Shown here piece after piece: positions 12,651-25,075 of a stretch of DNA of 64,000 nucleotides. Every line of letters begins with the position of its first letter. The stretch's first letter is position 1. The position numbers were made by a program, and so were the translations under genes. The notes beneath the pieces were generated by a model, which made no database searches, was not told the origin of the DNA, and saw only the letters and a list, made by a program, of their open reading frames with translations. Source of the DNA: Cyanophora paradoxa CCMP329 (taxonomy: Eukaryota; Plantae; Glaucophyta); the NCBI GenBank assembly GCA_004431415.1, contig QPMI01000600.1:62001-126000 (forward strand). The letters run 5' to 3'.

Positions 12651-13948
12651 CGCTGCTACGCGCAAATGCTATAAGCGCTGCCTGCGGTGCTCTGCAATCG
12701 CCCGAGGGCACGCCTGGCGCCGAGATCCCGAGCACCCTCGTAATTCGGAGCTGTACCCGGAGTGCGCAGATTACAGTATCCCCGGAACAAGTCGCGATCC
12801 AAAGCTCGCGATCCGCGCGGCCGGGCGCACCAGGCAAGCGCGGAGCAACGCGCCTGCCCTTCGGTGAGTTCGTGACCGCCGTCTGCGCAGCCTCGCTGCC
12901 GCTGACCAGAATCTCGCTTCTTGCAGCGCGCCGGGGCGATCGGCAATCGTGAGCGGCTCTGGTTTCCAAGATGTTCGCGAGAATGCTCGATCTCGCACGG
13001 CGCCCTGCCTACTTTCTTGCGTCGTAACCGCTGTCGATCGCGAGCGGCCATCAAGATCGCCTTCCGCGCGATGCTGATCACGCAGGGCAGTGCCTCGTCC
13101 GACGCATGTCCATCTTCGTCCGTCAGCGCCACACAGCCGAGGTCAGCGCCCGCGCCCCTCGCCTCGGGAGGGTCTAGAAGGCTCAAGGATGAATATCTTT
13201 GTCCCAACAGTTTGATCCACTGTGATACTCGCAAAAATATGTTAGACTGCTGATGCCATACGCTCCCTAGTTGCCCCAAGATCTGTTTCATCGGCCCCGA
13301 CAGCTGACCGCGCTCTTTGCACGCCGCAGGCACTTTGCGAGGCAAGCTCCTACACGTCATGCGTCTCCGATCGCTGTCGATTCTGTCGAGGTTCGCGGCC
13401 CAGGCCCTTTTCAGTAGGGCAGCTTTTCGCGAGCGAGCGGGCTTTTGCAAGGAAGAATTTCTCTTCGGCATACGTCCCTCGGGACTGGATGAGGCACGAA
13501 ATGACTACAATTCGCAGAGCACTAAAGCCCGCCCCGATTTACATTTTAAGTAGTGCCGATGAGTGATTAATGGTAATTTGCGGATGAGGACGCATGGGGC
13601 GCCTCGCCGGGTGCATCCAACTCATGCGTTCCGTTGATTCCACTTTCTCGATGAGGCACTACCCTTTCCCCCCTCTTCACCCCTCCCCCTCGCATCCCCT
13701 CGAGCGTCGTCGCTAACGCCGCCCGCTCCCCGCAGAGGACATGCCTGGACAAGACGCGGCCAGGCGACTTCGAATTCCCCTACGCTTCCTTCTTGCCGCC
13801 TCCTGTCCATATTAGAATTTGTGTGTCAAATGTCATAAAGAGACTTCGGTTGCTGTATCTCCGAGCGACCGCCGCCCAAGCGACGGGGGGAAAGGTTTAG
13901 CTATATAGAGGGCACGGTGCGCGGGGGGCCGGCGAGGCGGGCCGGGGC

Positions 13949-16900
13949 CTACATCCTCGCCTGCGCCCTCTGCTCCGCGTCCTGGAGCGCCCGCCGCACG
14001 GTGTTCGAGCGCGGGTGCTGCGGCCCCAGCGTCCCCTCCAGCACTTCCAGCGAGCCCTGCGCCGGCACCCCCGCGCCCGCTCAGAGGAGCCCGAGGAGAT
14101 GCGGAGCGGAGCGGAGGGCGGCGCGGGCCGGACTCGCCCGGAGGAAGGGGATGGCCTGGGCGTGCTCCCCGCGGGCGGCGAGGAGGTCGGCGATGCAGAA
14201 GGCGGCCCAGGCGGTGTCCGGGTGCCCGCCCCCCAGCGCCCTCTCCCGCAGCCGCAGCGCCTCCTGCGCGGGGCGGCCGCGTGAGGGGGCGGCCGGCGGG
14301 GAGGGGCGGGGCGAGCTCGGGGGCGGGCGCCTCGTAGAGGGGCCGGGCGCCGTCGAAGTCGCCCTGCTCCTTGAGCAGCACGCCGAAGTTCATGAGCGTC
14401 CTCGCCACCTCCGCGTGCTCCGGCCCCAGCGCCCTCTTGCAGATCCCCAGCGCCTCCTGCCCCCGGCCCGCCTCCCGTCAGGACCAGGCTGCGGCCGCGC
14501 GCTGCAGCGGGGATCCGGGGGGGGAGGGGCCTCGCCTCGTACAGGGGCCGGGCCGCGGCGTACTCGCCCTGGGCCTGCAGGACGTTGGCGAGGGCGGTCA
14601 TGGTCGTCGCCACGTCCGGGTGCTCCCGCCCCAGCGCGCCCCTCCGCAGCCGCAGCGCCTCCTGCATGCAGAGGCCGCGTCGAGCGGCGCCGGTCCGGTG
14701 CGGGCGCGGGCGGGCGGCCGCGGGCACCTCCAGCAGCTGGCGCGCCCCGTCGTAGTCGTCCACAGTCTTCAGCAGGACCGCGAAGTTGTGCATCGTCGTC
14801 GCCACCATCGGGTGCTCCGGCCCCAGCGCCCTCTTGCGGATCCGCAGCGCCTCCTGAGGCCGGCGCGATCGGCGCGCCGGCAGGGCGCCGGGGACGGGCG
14901 GGCGCCGCACCTCGTACATGGGCCGCGCCGCCGCGTAGTCCCCCTGCCTCTGCAGCAGGTTCGCCAGGTTCTGCGACGTCGTCGCCACGTCGGGGTGCTC
15001 CGGCCCCAGCGTCTTCCTCCGGAGCCGCAGCGCCTCCTGCGCGAGCGGCGCTGAGATCTCAAGCCGCGGGAGGCGGGGCGGGGGCCGCGGCGGGGCGGGC
15101 CTCGTAGAGGGCGCGGGCGGCGGGGAAGTCCCCGTCGTCGAGGTGCAGGCCGGCCAGGTTCTGCATCGTCATCAGCACGTGCGGGTGCTCCGGCCCCAGC
15201 GTCTTCCTGTACGCCCGCAGCGCCTCCTGTGCGGCCGGCGCGGCCGAGCGTGAGGGACGGACAAGAATGAGAGGGGCCGGGACCGTGCCTCGTAGAGGGG
15301 GCGGGCGGCCTCGGTGTCGCCCTGGGCCTTGAGGAGGATGGCGAGGTTCTGCATGGCGGCCGTCACGTCGGCGTGGTCGGGGCCCAGCTCCCGCCTCAGC
15401 AGCTCCAGCGACTCCTGCGCGCGCGGCAGACGCTCGCGATCGGCCGGAAATCGCGGCGGGCCGGCATCGGCGGCGGCGGCGCGCGGGCGGGGGCGGACCT
15501 GGAGGAAGGGGATGCCCTCGTTGACGCGGCCCATGGTGTGGAGCAGGCTGCCGGCGTGGCCCAGGGCCGCCGCCTTGGCGCCGGGGCCGCCCGATTCGAG
15601 CGCGCGGCCGAGGCGCGGGGCGGCCTCGTCGGCGCGGCCGCTGGCGAGCCAGAGGCCGACCATCTCGTACTCCTCCAGGCGCTCCAGCACGTCCTCGTCG
15701 CACAGGAGCTCGGCGAGGCGCTCGGACCAGGCGGGGCCCGCCCGCGCCAGCGCCCACGGGCCCTCCTCCGCCCGCCGCTGCGAGGGCTCCTGCGCCGCGA
15801 AGAACTCGCCGAGGCGCGCGTGCACGGCCGCCCGCTGCTCGGCCGACTGCCGGCCGGGCGGCGCCAGGCCCGACTCCAGCTCCGCCGCCTCGGCCGTGCA
15901 GCGGTGGAAGAAGGCGTACGGGCCGTCCCGGCAGACGACAAGGGCGAGGAAGTCATGCCAGAAGAGACTCCAGTCGACCGCCCTGGGCCCCCCCGCGGCG
16001 TCCACGCCCACGAAGGCCTTGAGCTCGTCCTCGGCCATCCCGTGCCGCGCGCAGGCGATGGCCGACGCGACGTCCCGCACGAGGCCGGCCCCGTGGCGCG
16101 AGGCGAGGCGGCGCAGCACGGCGCGGAAGAGGTCCCGCGGCTCGCCCCCGCACCCGAGGAGCGCGGCGATGTCGGCGTCCAGGTTGGCGTGGACGGAGAC
16201 ACTCGAGAGCTCGTCGAGGAGGACGGTCAGGAAGAGGGCGTTGCGGCAGGCGTCCGCCCGCACGATCCGCTCGAGGCGCTCGTCGGAGAGGGCGCGCCCC
16301 TGCTCCTTGAGGACGCCCTCGACCAGCGCCCGCCTCCGCGCCTCGCTCAGCGGAGCCGCCGCCCGCGCCACGTGCGGTCGCGCCCTCGCCGCCTCCAGCG
16401 TCGGGCCTGACGGCGCCGGGCCGGGCCGCGTTGGCGGGTCGCGAGAGAGGCGCGGGCGGGGGGCGCCGCACCGGGGAGGCTGGAGACGAGGATGCGGAGG
16501 CGGGGCCCGGCGGCGGGGGGGAGCCAGGCGAGGGCGCGGACGGCGGGGTCGCCCTGGAGCTGGTCCAGTCCGTCCAGGACGAGGAGGACGCGGCCGGGCC
16601 AGCGGGCGGCGCCGTCGGCGAGGAAGGTCGAGAGGCGCGCCGCCACCTCGGCGTCCGTGCCCCGCGGGTCCACCTTCTCCAGGTCCGCGCCGGGCCACCG
16701 GCCCCGCACCTCCTCGCTGATGCGCCTGCCGGCCGCGCACGCGTGAGCTCGGCCGTTGGGGAGGGCGGGGCGCGGCGCGCGCACCAGGCGATGGGCGGGA
16801 GGAGCGCGCCGCTCTGCGAGCCGCCGATGAAGTGGACGACCGTCAGGTCGGCGGGGTGCGAGGCGCCCCACTCCAGCGCCCAGTTCGCGAGGAGGGCTGC

Positions 16901-18670
16901 CCGGCCCCGGCCCCCGTCAGATATCCGCGCGGGCGGGGCCGGGATGCGGGGCGCGGACCGCTCTTGCCGCAGCCGCCCTCGCCGTGGAGGACGAGGATCT
17001 CGGGGCCCGAGGCCGCCGCGTAGGCGCTGAGCGCGCCCATGTCCTCCGCGTTGCGCACGAAGACGCGCTGGCGCGAGGCGGCGAAAGCCTCGTGCTGCGC
17101 CCGCTCCGCCTCGAGCCAGGGCCGCTGCTTGGCGAGCGGGTGCTCCCTCTCGATCATCTGCGCGCGGGCCGGCCCGAGGCGCTGCTTCAGCGCGCGGCGG
17201 GGAGCTCGAGCGCGGCGCGCGCGCGCGCGCACCGCGGAGAGGGCGTCGCGGAGGTCGAGGGCGAGGCGCTGGGCGTCGGCGTACTCGGCGACGGGCAGGC
17301 GCGCGGCCCGCACCTCGGCCTTCAGCTCCTCCAGGCGCCGCTCGGCATAGGGGCCCTCGCCCCCGGCCCCGCCCCCGCCCCCGCCGGCCGCGAGCCGGGC
17401 GTCCCGCATCAGCGCCGGCCCTGCCACATAAAAGAGCGTCCTGTCCCGCATCGCCTGGGAGGGGGTCGAGGCGGGGACGGAAGGGGCGGGGGCCGGGCCG
17501 GGCCGGGCCGGCGCTGCACCTGGAGGGACGGGGGCGGCGGGATCCCGCCCGGCCGCATCGCTCCGCCGAGCACGCCCGAGCGCATCTCTGCCCCCACTTG
17601 TTGAGGGGGAGGAGAAGCCGCGCAAAGCTCGGGGCAGGTCGGCGGGGCACCGATCTCGGTCACGCTGCGGTCCTCCCAGTGGCGGATCCAGGGGAACTCG
17701 TCCGCTGCCCGCTCCAGGTTCCTGCCCGCCCCGCCCTCGGCGCCCCGCCCCGCCGCGCGGGCCGGAGGGCGGCTGGGGCGCACAGGCGGAAGAGGGCGTT
17801 GTCCGCGTTGCCGGCGGGGGCCTCGGGCTGGAGGCGCCAGCCGTAGCGAGCCTGCGTGCGGCCCGCTGCTTCGTCCGGGCGCGCGGCGGACGGGGCGCGC
17901 GCAGGACGGGCGGCACCTTGAGCAGGCCGACGAAGTGCGTGCTGCGGTGCACCTCGCGGAGGCACAGGAGGACGACCTCCCCGCCCGTGCACGCCTTCTC
18001 GTTGATGCCCCACCTGCGCCGGCCGAACTGAGCCCCAGGAAAGCCGCCCGCGCGCGCGGGACGGAGAGCGGGCGGGCCTGAGGTCGACGCAGTGGAAGAA
18101 GAGCCCGCGCTCCGCGCACATCGCCTTCAGCGTCGGGTTCACGAAGCTCCGGATGGCGTCCCGCTCCGCCTGCATGTCCTCTGCGGCCGCGGCGCCGGCG
18201 CGGATGCGCAGAGCTCAGTTGGTGTGACAGGCCGCGGAAGTCCGTGGCCGAGGCCGGGTTCGCGCACGGAATGTCGAGGAGACGAAGATGCGCACGACGC
18301 GCTTCTGCGCCCGCTGACCGTCCCGGCTCGCGGCTGAGCTCGAGGGGCCCGGGGCAGGCGCCGCGGAGGGACCCGGCCGCGAGTCAGCTGCAGATCTAGA
18401 GGGCTGCGACCCCACGGCTTGCAAGTCCACCGGCACACCGTGCACGATGAGCTGCTGGGGATTCGAATTTGGACCAGCTGCAGGACGGCCATCCTGACGA
18501 ACGGCTGCTGCTGATGCCATGGCCAGCGTTGTCGCGGCAGCTGGCTGTGCGATTGTGGCCGGCCGCGGAGGACCTGCCGCTGCCGCCGGCACGACGAAGT
18601 CGACGGTCACTTCCTTCGCCACGACGGAGGCGCCTCCGTCGTACGCTGACCGGGATTTGCAGCACCCCAT
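13949..18670 (-). CDS. STAND/NLR-like protein: N-acylation motif, DUF4062 domain, NACHT NTPase, C-terminal 42-aa TPR array (NPHP3-like architecture)
   Basis: MGCCKS start; RIFVSSTF..MQAERD..VDLRWG..CLREV..FVGLLK.RYGW (DUF4062); Walker A LVLHGEGGCGKS; Walker B VLLVLDGLDQL; EALRIRKRALGPEHP-type repeats. Confidence 0.9.
14138..15414 (-). repeat. Seven tandem 126-nt phase-0 exons, each encoding one 42-aa TPR unit
   Basis: Exons 15289-15414, 15101-15226, 14911-15036, 14728-14853, 14536-14661, 14331-14456 and 14138-14263 each count 126 nt. Confidence 0.9.
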
Positions 18671-19942
18671 CGCTCAGCCAGCGGGGGCGCCTTCTGAACG
18701 GCTCCGGGCTCGCGTTTCTAGGCCTACTAGGCTAGCTCGTCGTCGTGCCGCTCAAGCGCGCGCCAGCTGCAGCTTAAGCTTGGCCAGGCAAGCGCATGAC
18801 ATGTGCCGCAGTACGTCACGTACACAGTCTACCCCCCCCCCCCCCCCCCCCCCCGAGCCTCCGGATATCGATCCGGCTCGAGCTCCGATCCGTCACATGC
18901 AGCCTCCGTGACGCCGATGGAGAGGCAGCGCTTAGCTATATATAGCTAGCCTGCACGCGCCGCTGCCGCCGGGCCGAAACCGGGCCAAACCAGCTCGAGC
19001 TCAGGCCCAGCTGCAGCCTGCAGGCCTAGGCCTAGGTGCTGATCATGCATATGATATCGATCATGATCATGACGTCGACCGGTGCGGCCGCGGGTCCCGG
19101 CCGCGGGCCTCCCGCGGCCGGCCCGTCGTGCGGATATCGATCGACGTCAGCCCGTCGTGCCGCAATATTTAATGCGGACCGGCCCTGCGCCCCCGGGGCC
19201 CCTCGAGCTCCCTAAGCTTATATTTATACGTATAAGCAATTACAATTAATATTAAGCTTGCGCCAACGTTAACGCGTCGATAACTGGGCCATGATCACCG
19301 CCTTAAGCTTTCCGGAGACTGGGCCGGAGTCCCCTAGGCCTAGGCCTCCATGGCCAGTCCGACACTGATCGCGAGCTCTAGATCTAGATCTAGATCTAGC
19401 AATATATTAATAGCTCGATCGCGAGGATCATCGGATCTGCAGCGCTAGCTGAGGATATCGATCTGATCATGATCCGATAAGGATCTGATCCTATGATCCG
19501 CCCCGCGCCCCCTGAGCCCCCTCCCCCCCGCGCCGGGCCGCGGCTGCCCGGCCCTCCTTATATATGTAATTAGCTTGCGGCAGTCCGCCTTGCACGGTTC
19601 GGGCCCGGGGGTGCAGCACCAGGCGGCGGATACGAACTCGGAATGTATGCCTGACGCTGAGGAAGCTCTTAAGCTTGGTGGAGGATGCCACGGCTGGCAG
19701 CGGGGGCATGACGAAGATCGCTAGCGCTGCCGCAGTGCAGCTGAGCTCGAGCTCGCGATCGAGACAAGAGACCGTTGGCTACAAGAGATCTTCGTGCGCA
19801 TGCAGCTGGCCAGAGGTGAGAAAACCCGGATAAATATATATAATATATGAGCACAACGTCAACGCTGTGATCGACGGTTTAATATCTCCGAAGCGAGAAT
19901 AGGAATATTAATATGGTTCCTTCACGACCACGAATTCGACTC

Positions 19943-22900
19943 CTAGTTGAGCGCGGCCGCAAGCTTCAGGGCGATGGCTGCGGCCAGCAGGATGCCGGGC
20001 AGCTGCAGCGCCGAGAAGGGAGCGGGGGCGGCGGAGAACCAAGGGCTGCGATTCGCAAAACGCGAGGTCAGCCCGCGCGAGAGACAAAGCCGCGCAGATT
20101 TCGAAGCTCACATCGAGGAGACAGTTGCGGACTCCCATGCGAAAGCCTGCACGCTGCCATGATCAGCCGATGTGATCATGAAGATAAAATTAAAAGGATA
20201 ATCAGCAAAGGGGATGGGCACGTTTTCGAGCGTGAAATCCTGGAATTGCTTGTCATCGCTCCGGATAACGAGAGAATACCCTTGGTTGATGTTGTAGGCC
20301 TGCGCGAACCGAGATGTGTCAGTACTAGTACTGCTTAAGATGCGCAGTGTTCCTCACCCCCAGGAGGGTGCGGGAGGAGCGCCGTAGGGCGTTGCAGGTC
20401 GCAAAAGCCGGGGCGGCTGCACGCGGGCAAGAAATTTCAAGTTTAGCCACAGTTTATGATCATGAGCGCGCATGCGCAAACTTCAAATCAAGGTTCGTCG
20501 ATAGATAGATATGCGGAGATTGAATGATGCGGAGATCTAGACATACAGAGCGTCGGAGCGCGCGCGCGCACTGAATGTGATCTGGGTCTCGCTCGGGATC
20601 TGAGGGTTGGTGGCCGGGCAGGACTTCCCCGTCCTGGGCTCGACGATGAGAATCGTAATGCGGGCGCCGACAGGGAAGCCACTGCCGAGAATGGTCACCG
20701 CCGAGCCCGCCTGTCGCAGTCAAAAGTTGATTAATTAGATTAAGGCAGGCTATAATTTTATGATTAATCAATCCGAGGGCCGGCGGCGGCGGCGCCGCGC
20801 CGGCGCCGGCGACGGCCGTCTCAAAGCAACGCGCCTGGGCAGATCTAACGGCGGGCTCCGGGAGCTTCGCAGTGTTGTTCGCGTCGAAAACAAGAGAAAA
20901 TGTGTTGCCGCTCGATACACTCTGGCCCCCGACGTTTTGGATCACGATCTGTGTGATTTTCTGCGAAAAGAAATCGTTCAATGCGCGCGCTCGACGGTCG
21001 ACGTCCTAAATATAACAGTATGGAAATTGAATCGGGCACCGGGCTGACTGCATTAACTGCAGGCGTTGCAGCTGGCGTCGGAGTAGGACCGGTACCGGAA
21101 GCGGGGGGCGGCGCGGTAGGCGAGGGCGACGGAGTCGGTGTGGCGGCAGTGGAACTGCGGCTTGGCCGGGCGGGTGAGCTTGATCATGAGGCGCGAGCCG
21201 CGGGAAATCGAAGGCGGCTCGAAATAGACGGTCTTACGCCGGGCTTGGAGACGGTGTTGGAATGGCCGATGGCGAGGGACTGGCCATGGCCGACGGTGAG
21301 GGGCTGGCTGACGGGGATGGAGAAGGGCTGCGAGAAGTCAACGAAACGGGGCTTCAAAGCTATAAGGCCAGCGCTAGCGTTCATGATCACCTGGGAGTAG
21401 GAGTTGCAGGTACAACGCAAAGGGCTGTGTATACATGACGGCAAGCATGAGTTAGACGTCAAGAGGTGTATGTTCAATCAAATCGCGCACAAACTTCTGC
21501 GACTGTGTCGAATCGCGCAGCTCCAGGGTTGTTTGTATTGGCGGAGGTCCAAATCAGAAGAAACCCGTTTGTGTCATCGTAAGAAGTTGTCCTCGGTCCC
21601 GGAGCAGCATCGCCGTTAACACTGTAACTTCTGAATAAAATGGCTTTGGTCCTCACGTTCATTCCATATGCCTGCGCGCTAGCTTGAGGTCTCGGATACA
21701 GTTTGCAATGACTCACGGCTGCTACACGACTCACGGCTGCTACATGCGCTTCACCCGCTGCGATGGTAGTGGATGTAGTTTTAATCTTGCTCTTGTCAAC
21801 GTCGCAGCCAGAAGACGGCGCCACCTTCACGAGCCTGCATGCAATAATTAATATTTAATATTGCAATATAATATGATTGGAATGGCGAGGGACAGACCAG
21901 AGGTGCAGGGACAACGAAGACACGTTAGCAGGCAGGGCGAAGGCCAACTGAGCATTGGGGGACACGGAAACCTCCGTGAAACTGAAATTCTTGGGGCTAC
22001 TATTGATCGAATTGCCGACAGGGAGAGCTGTGGCTGGACTTGGCGTCTCTGCGCACGCAGGCGCGGGTCGGACGTCGCGATCGTGCGAGGGTAAATAGAA
22101 ACATGTATATATACGTATACAACAAATACAGGGAGCCCGGGGCCAGGGTTGCAAGTAATTCATCAGCGCACCGCCAGGCGAGACACTTTTGTACGTTGCA
22201 GTGAAATCGATGGTAACGTCAAAGGTTCCAGCTGGCTCATATCCAAGAACGAGAAGCTTGTCTGACGTGCTCGTGAATTTCACCGGCAGCGCGCTCGTGT
22301 CAATGTAGGAGGCCAGCAGAAAAGGCGATTCGCCGAAGTCGACCACCTTTATAGCGAATTGTTAAATTCAAAATGATGCATTCATTGAATATTAATCGTC
22401 ATCATGATCGCGTGTGCAGTGTGCACGTGCACATCGTCGCGTACGTGAATGTAGCTATGGACGCACCCGCAGAAATCCAGCTCCTTGCGCGACAGCGGTG
22501 AACTCCAACTGGACGCGGTCACCCTCCGTCTCTGCTCTTATCGACCTGCGTGCACAATCGCGAGTCGGCTTGCAGCGGCCTGACGCGCACCGCCGCCGCG
22601 GCTTGGTGGCGCGCGCGCGGGGGGGGCGGGGGGCCGGGGGGGCGGCGGCCGGCGTCCGCCCGCGGCCGGCCGGCTGCCGCAGTGCCGCAGTGCCATACTA
22701 TGATTTGCATGCAATGCATATAGCATGCATATGCATATGGAAGGCCAGAGTCGATCCAGCCTGATGATGATCATGCAAACGTGAACGCACCACATGGCAA
22801 ACGGTCTGTAGGCTACACTTGGCTTGCCTTGAAACTCCACCGCGGTCGTGTTCGCAACGAAGTTTTTAAGGAGGGCATCTGGAGCCGCGTTGGCTGCGGT

Positions 22901-22972
22901 GGCCGCGACGAGTGCGACGGCGAAGCACAACGCCCTGAGGCCTCGCGCAAGGCCGAAGCGAGAGCGCGCCAT
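19943..22972 (-). CDS. Secreted, probably GPI-anchored surface glycoprotein (CUB-like N-region, Ser/Pro/Thr stalk, IPT/TIG-like domain), multi-exon
   Basis: Signal peptide MARSRFGLARGLRALCFAVALVAATAANA; FTSTSDKLLV..DFTATY (CUB-like); SPSPSASPSP / TPTPSPSPT stalk; AGSAVTILGSGF (TIG-like); hydrophobic C-terminus SAAPAPFSALQLPGILLAAAIALKLAAALN*. Confidence 0.6.
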
Positions 22973-24147
22973 GTGCATCTCGCTGCAGCCTGCAGCGCGC
23001 GCGCTAGCTATAGCTAAGCTGTCCTCACTATAGCTAAAAGTCAACATCGAGCGCGTCGACCTTCAAGGCTTCGACGTACTACGGTACGCGTCCGACGCGT
23101 ACAGTCGATGCCATGAATCCCATAATTGATTCCCATGATCGGATGTGACCAGCGTTGTCATCATGATGGACACGGCCGTCGAGGCATCATGATGGGGTGA
23201 TAATGATCGATCATGATCAATCATGATGTCATGCAGCGATCATCATCGTTCAACACGGCATTTCCAACTCCTATTTCGCTGCACGAGCTCTCTGCTGCTT
23301 TTCTAATGCAAAGCAACGTGTTTATGACTCATTCCCGACCAAGCTGGATAGAAATTGGGCTCAGAGTTGGCCTGAAAGAGGCCCACACACTCCTCTTCCC
23401 AAGATTTTTGAGGCAGAGGAGCGGTTGATTAACCTCCTGCAATGTCAAGATAGTGTGTTATGTGTTTTAGAAGCTGCGTTAAGCGTATCCGCACCCATTC
23501 TCGAAGTGCGAATCGGTGCGATTTTGCATCGCCAGCGGCTAAGGGTGGTGTCACCTGTACCCCCCACGGCACCACAGCAGCCTTTCAACATCGTCAGAAT
23601 CGTTCCAAACCTCCTCTGACTAGCATATACGGTGTCGTTAAGCTGTTTAGAGAGCATAAAAGGTCGTTCAAACAGCGCGGGCGTCCAGAAACACGCGATT
23701 TGTGCACCGTACAGGTACCCCCCCCCTCATCATGATGGCCCCGATCATAATCCGACGTCATCATGATGCGTATTTTACGTGCCATCATGATGTCGTCATC
23801 ATGATGTGCGCATAATTATGACAGCACTGGATGTGACTCACTAGTACTGACTCACAGTCATGATCCGATGATCAGCTGGCAGCTGCAGCCTGCGCGCAGA
23901 CTGCATGCAGTGACCGGCCCATGGCCAGAGGGCCCCAGCTAGGGCCCAGACGTCGACCCGGGACCGTGTATACTTAGTATATACGTACCGTCCCGCCGAC
24001 GCGGTCCCGGTCCGTCCGGGCCGGTCCGGCGTCCGAGTCGGTAGTACTCGGTACCGGTCCGACGCGTACGGTCGGACTCCCGGACTCCCAGAAACTGGGC
24101 CGGAAACTTAAGCTTGAAATTGGCCCGGAATCCGAGTCCGAGGCCCG

Positions 24148-24856
24148 GAGCGTGATCCACCGTGCCTCTGCCTCGGGCAGTGAAAAAAAGTCTGCCTTGC
24201 CTTGCCTTGCCTAGCTTTCAAGTGAATTAAGTCAAGGCCTAGGCAAGGCAAGGCAGACTTTTTTTACATCTGAACCTAGGCACCTAGCCTCGGCTGGCGG
24301 TCCATGAGGCAGGCTACGTAAGCGCCCCAACGGCTAGCTGTTTCAAATCGCGCCGCCGTCGCGCAGCGCACGGCGCATCACTGTCGCCCGCGGCACGACG
24401 CTTACGTGTCTGCACACTCATAAGCAACATCTGGACGCACTTTGAGCTCGAGCTCTAGCTAGTGCTAGCTAGCTGGCGCTAGCTGCAAGGCGCCAGGTGA
24501 GCTGGCATCGCCCAGCTAGTCATTAGTGGTCAGTCTAACATCCTGCTAGGTTGCTAGTGACTTGCTACAATGCGCGAGGACAGTGGCAGGGAACGGGCGC
24601 CAGCAGGACTTGAACCGAGGCAGCCTGCCTCGGCTGCCCTAGGCTCCCTAGCGGGGTCTGAGGCCCCTAGGCAGCGGAGGCAACCTGCCTCATTTTTTTT
24701 CTGCCTTGCCTAGATTGTGCAGTCCAGACTTTCAAGTTAGGCAGCTGCCTGCAGAGGCGGTCCATGCTGCCTTTTTCAAGTTGGATTTTCGACGCAGTCG
24801 TAATTAGCCAATCGCGTAACTTGGAGGCCGAGGCAGAGGCACGGTGGATCACGCTC
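24148..24856. mobile_element. MITE / non-autonomous DNA transposon with 29-bp perfect TIRs and a 3-bp CCG target-site duplication (PIF/Harbinger-like by TSD length)
   Basis: GAGCGTGATCCACCGTGCCTCTGCCTCGG at 24148-24176 with its reverse complement at 24828-24856; ccg flanks both ends; internal inverted repeat of aaaaaagtctgccttgccttgcc at about 24183-24265. Confidence 0.8.
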
Positions 24857-24939
24857 CCGGCGCGCAAGAGGTCCGAGGGCTCTTTGCTGCTGGACCCCGA
24901 AAAAAACTCCGAAATTGGAATTCCGATCGACCGTCGGAC

Positions 24940-25075
24940 AGTCCCCACTGACTCCCCAGGGCCCAGACTGACCCCAGTGACTCAGTGACTCCCCAGATCT
25001 AGAGTCCCCAGTGACTCCCCACTGACTCCCTACTGAGTCCCTAGTGACTCAGTGACTCCCCACTGACTCCCCAGC
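24940..25075. repeat. Degenerate (C)AGTGACTCCCC / CACTGACTCCCC minisatellite
   Basis: About ten gactc/gagtc-centred units in tandem. Confidence 0.6.

Noticed and set aside
12656-13553. Possible small gene divergent from USP39 (gtgagt...cttgcag intron-like segment at about 12865-12926) and ORF 12656-13471
   Set aside because: No coherent protein or recognisable domain could be reconstructed.
18720-19500. Cloning-vector polylinker contamination
   Set aside because: The palindrome texture recurs at many intergenic and intronic sites and has no vector backbone.
23250-23720. Lower-GC segment that might be a transposase or reverse transcriptase remnant
   Set aside because: No catalytic motif was recognisable in the frames I translated.
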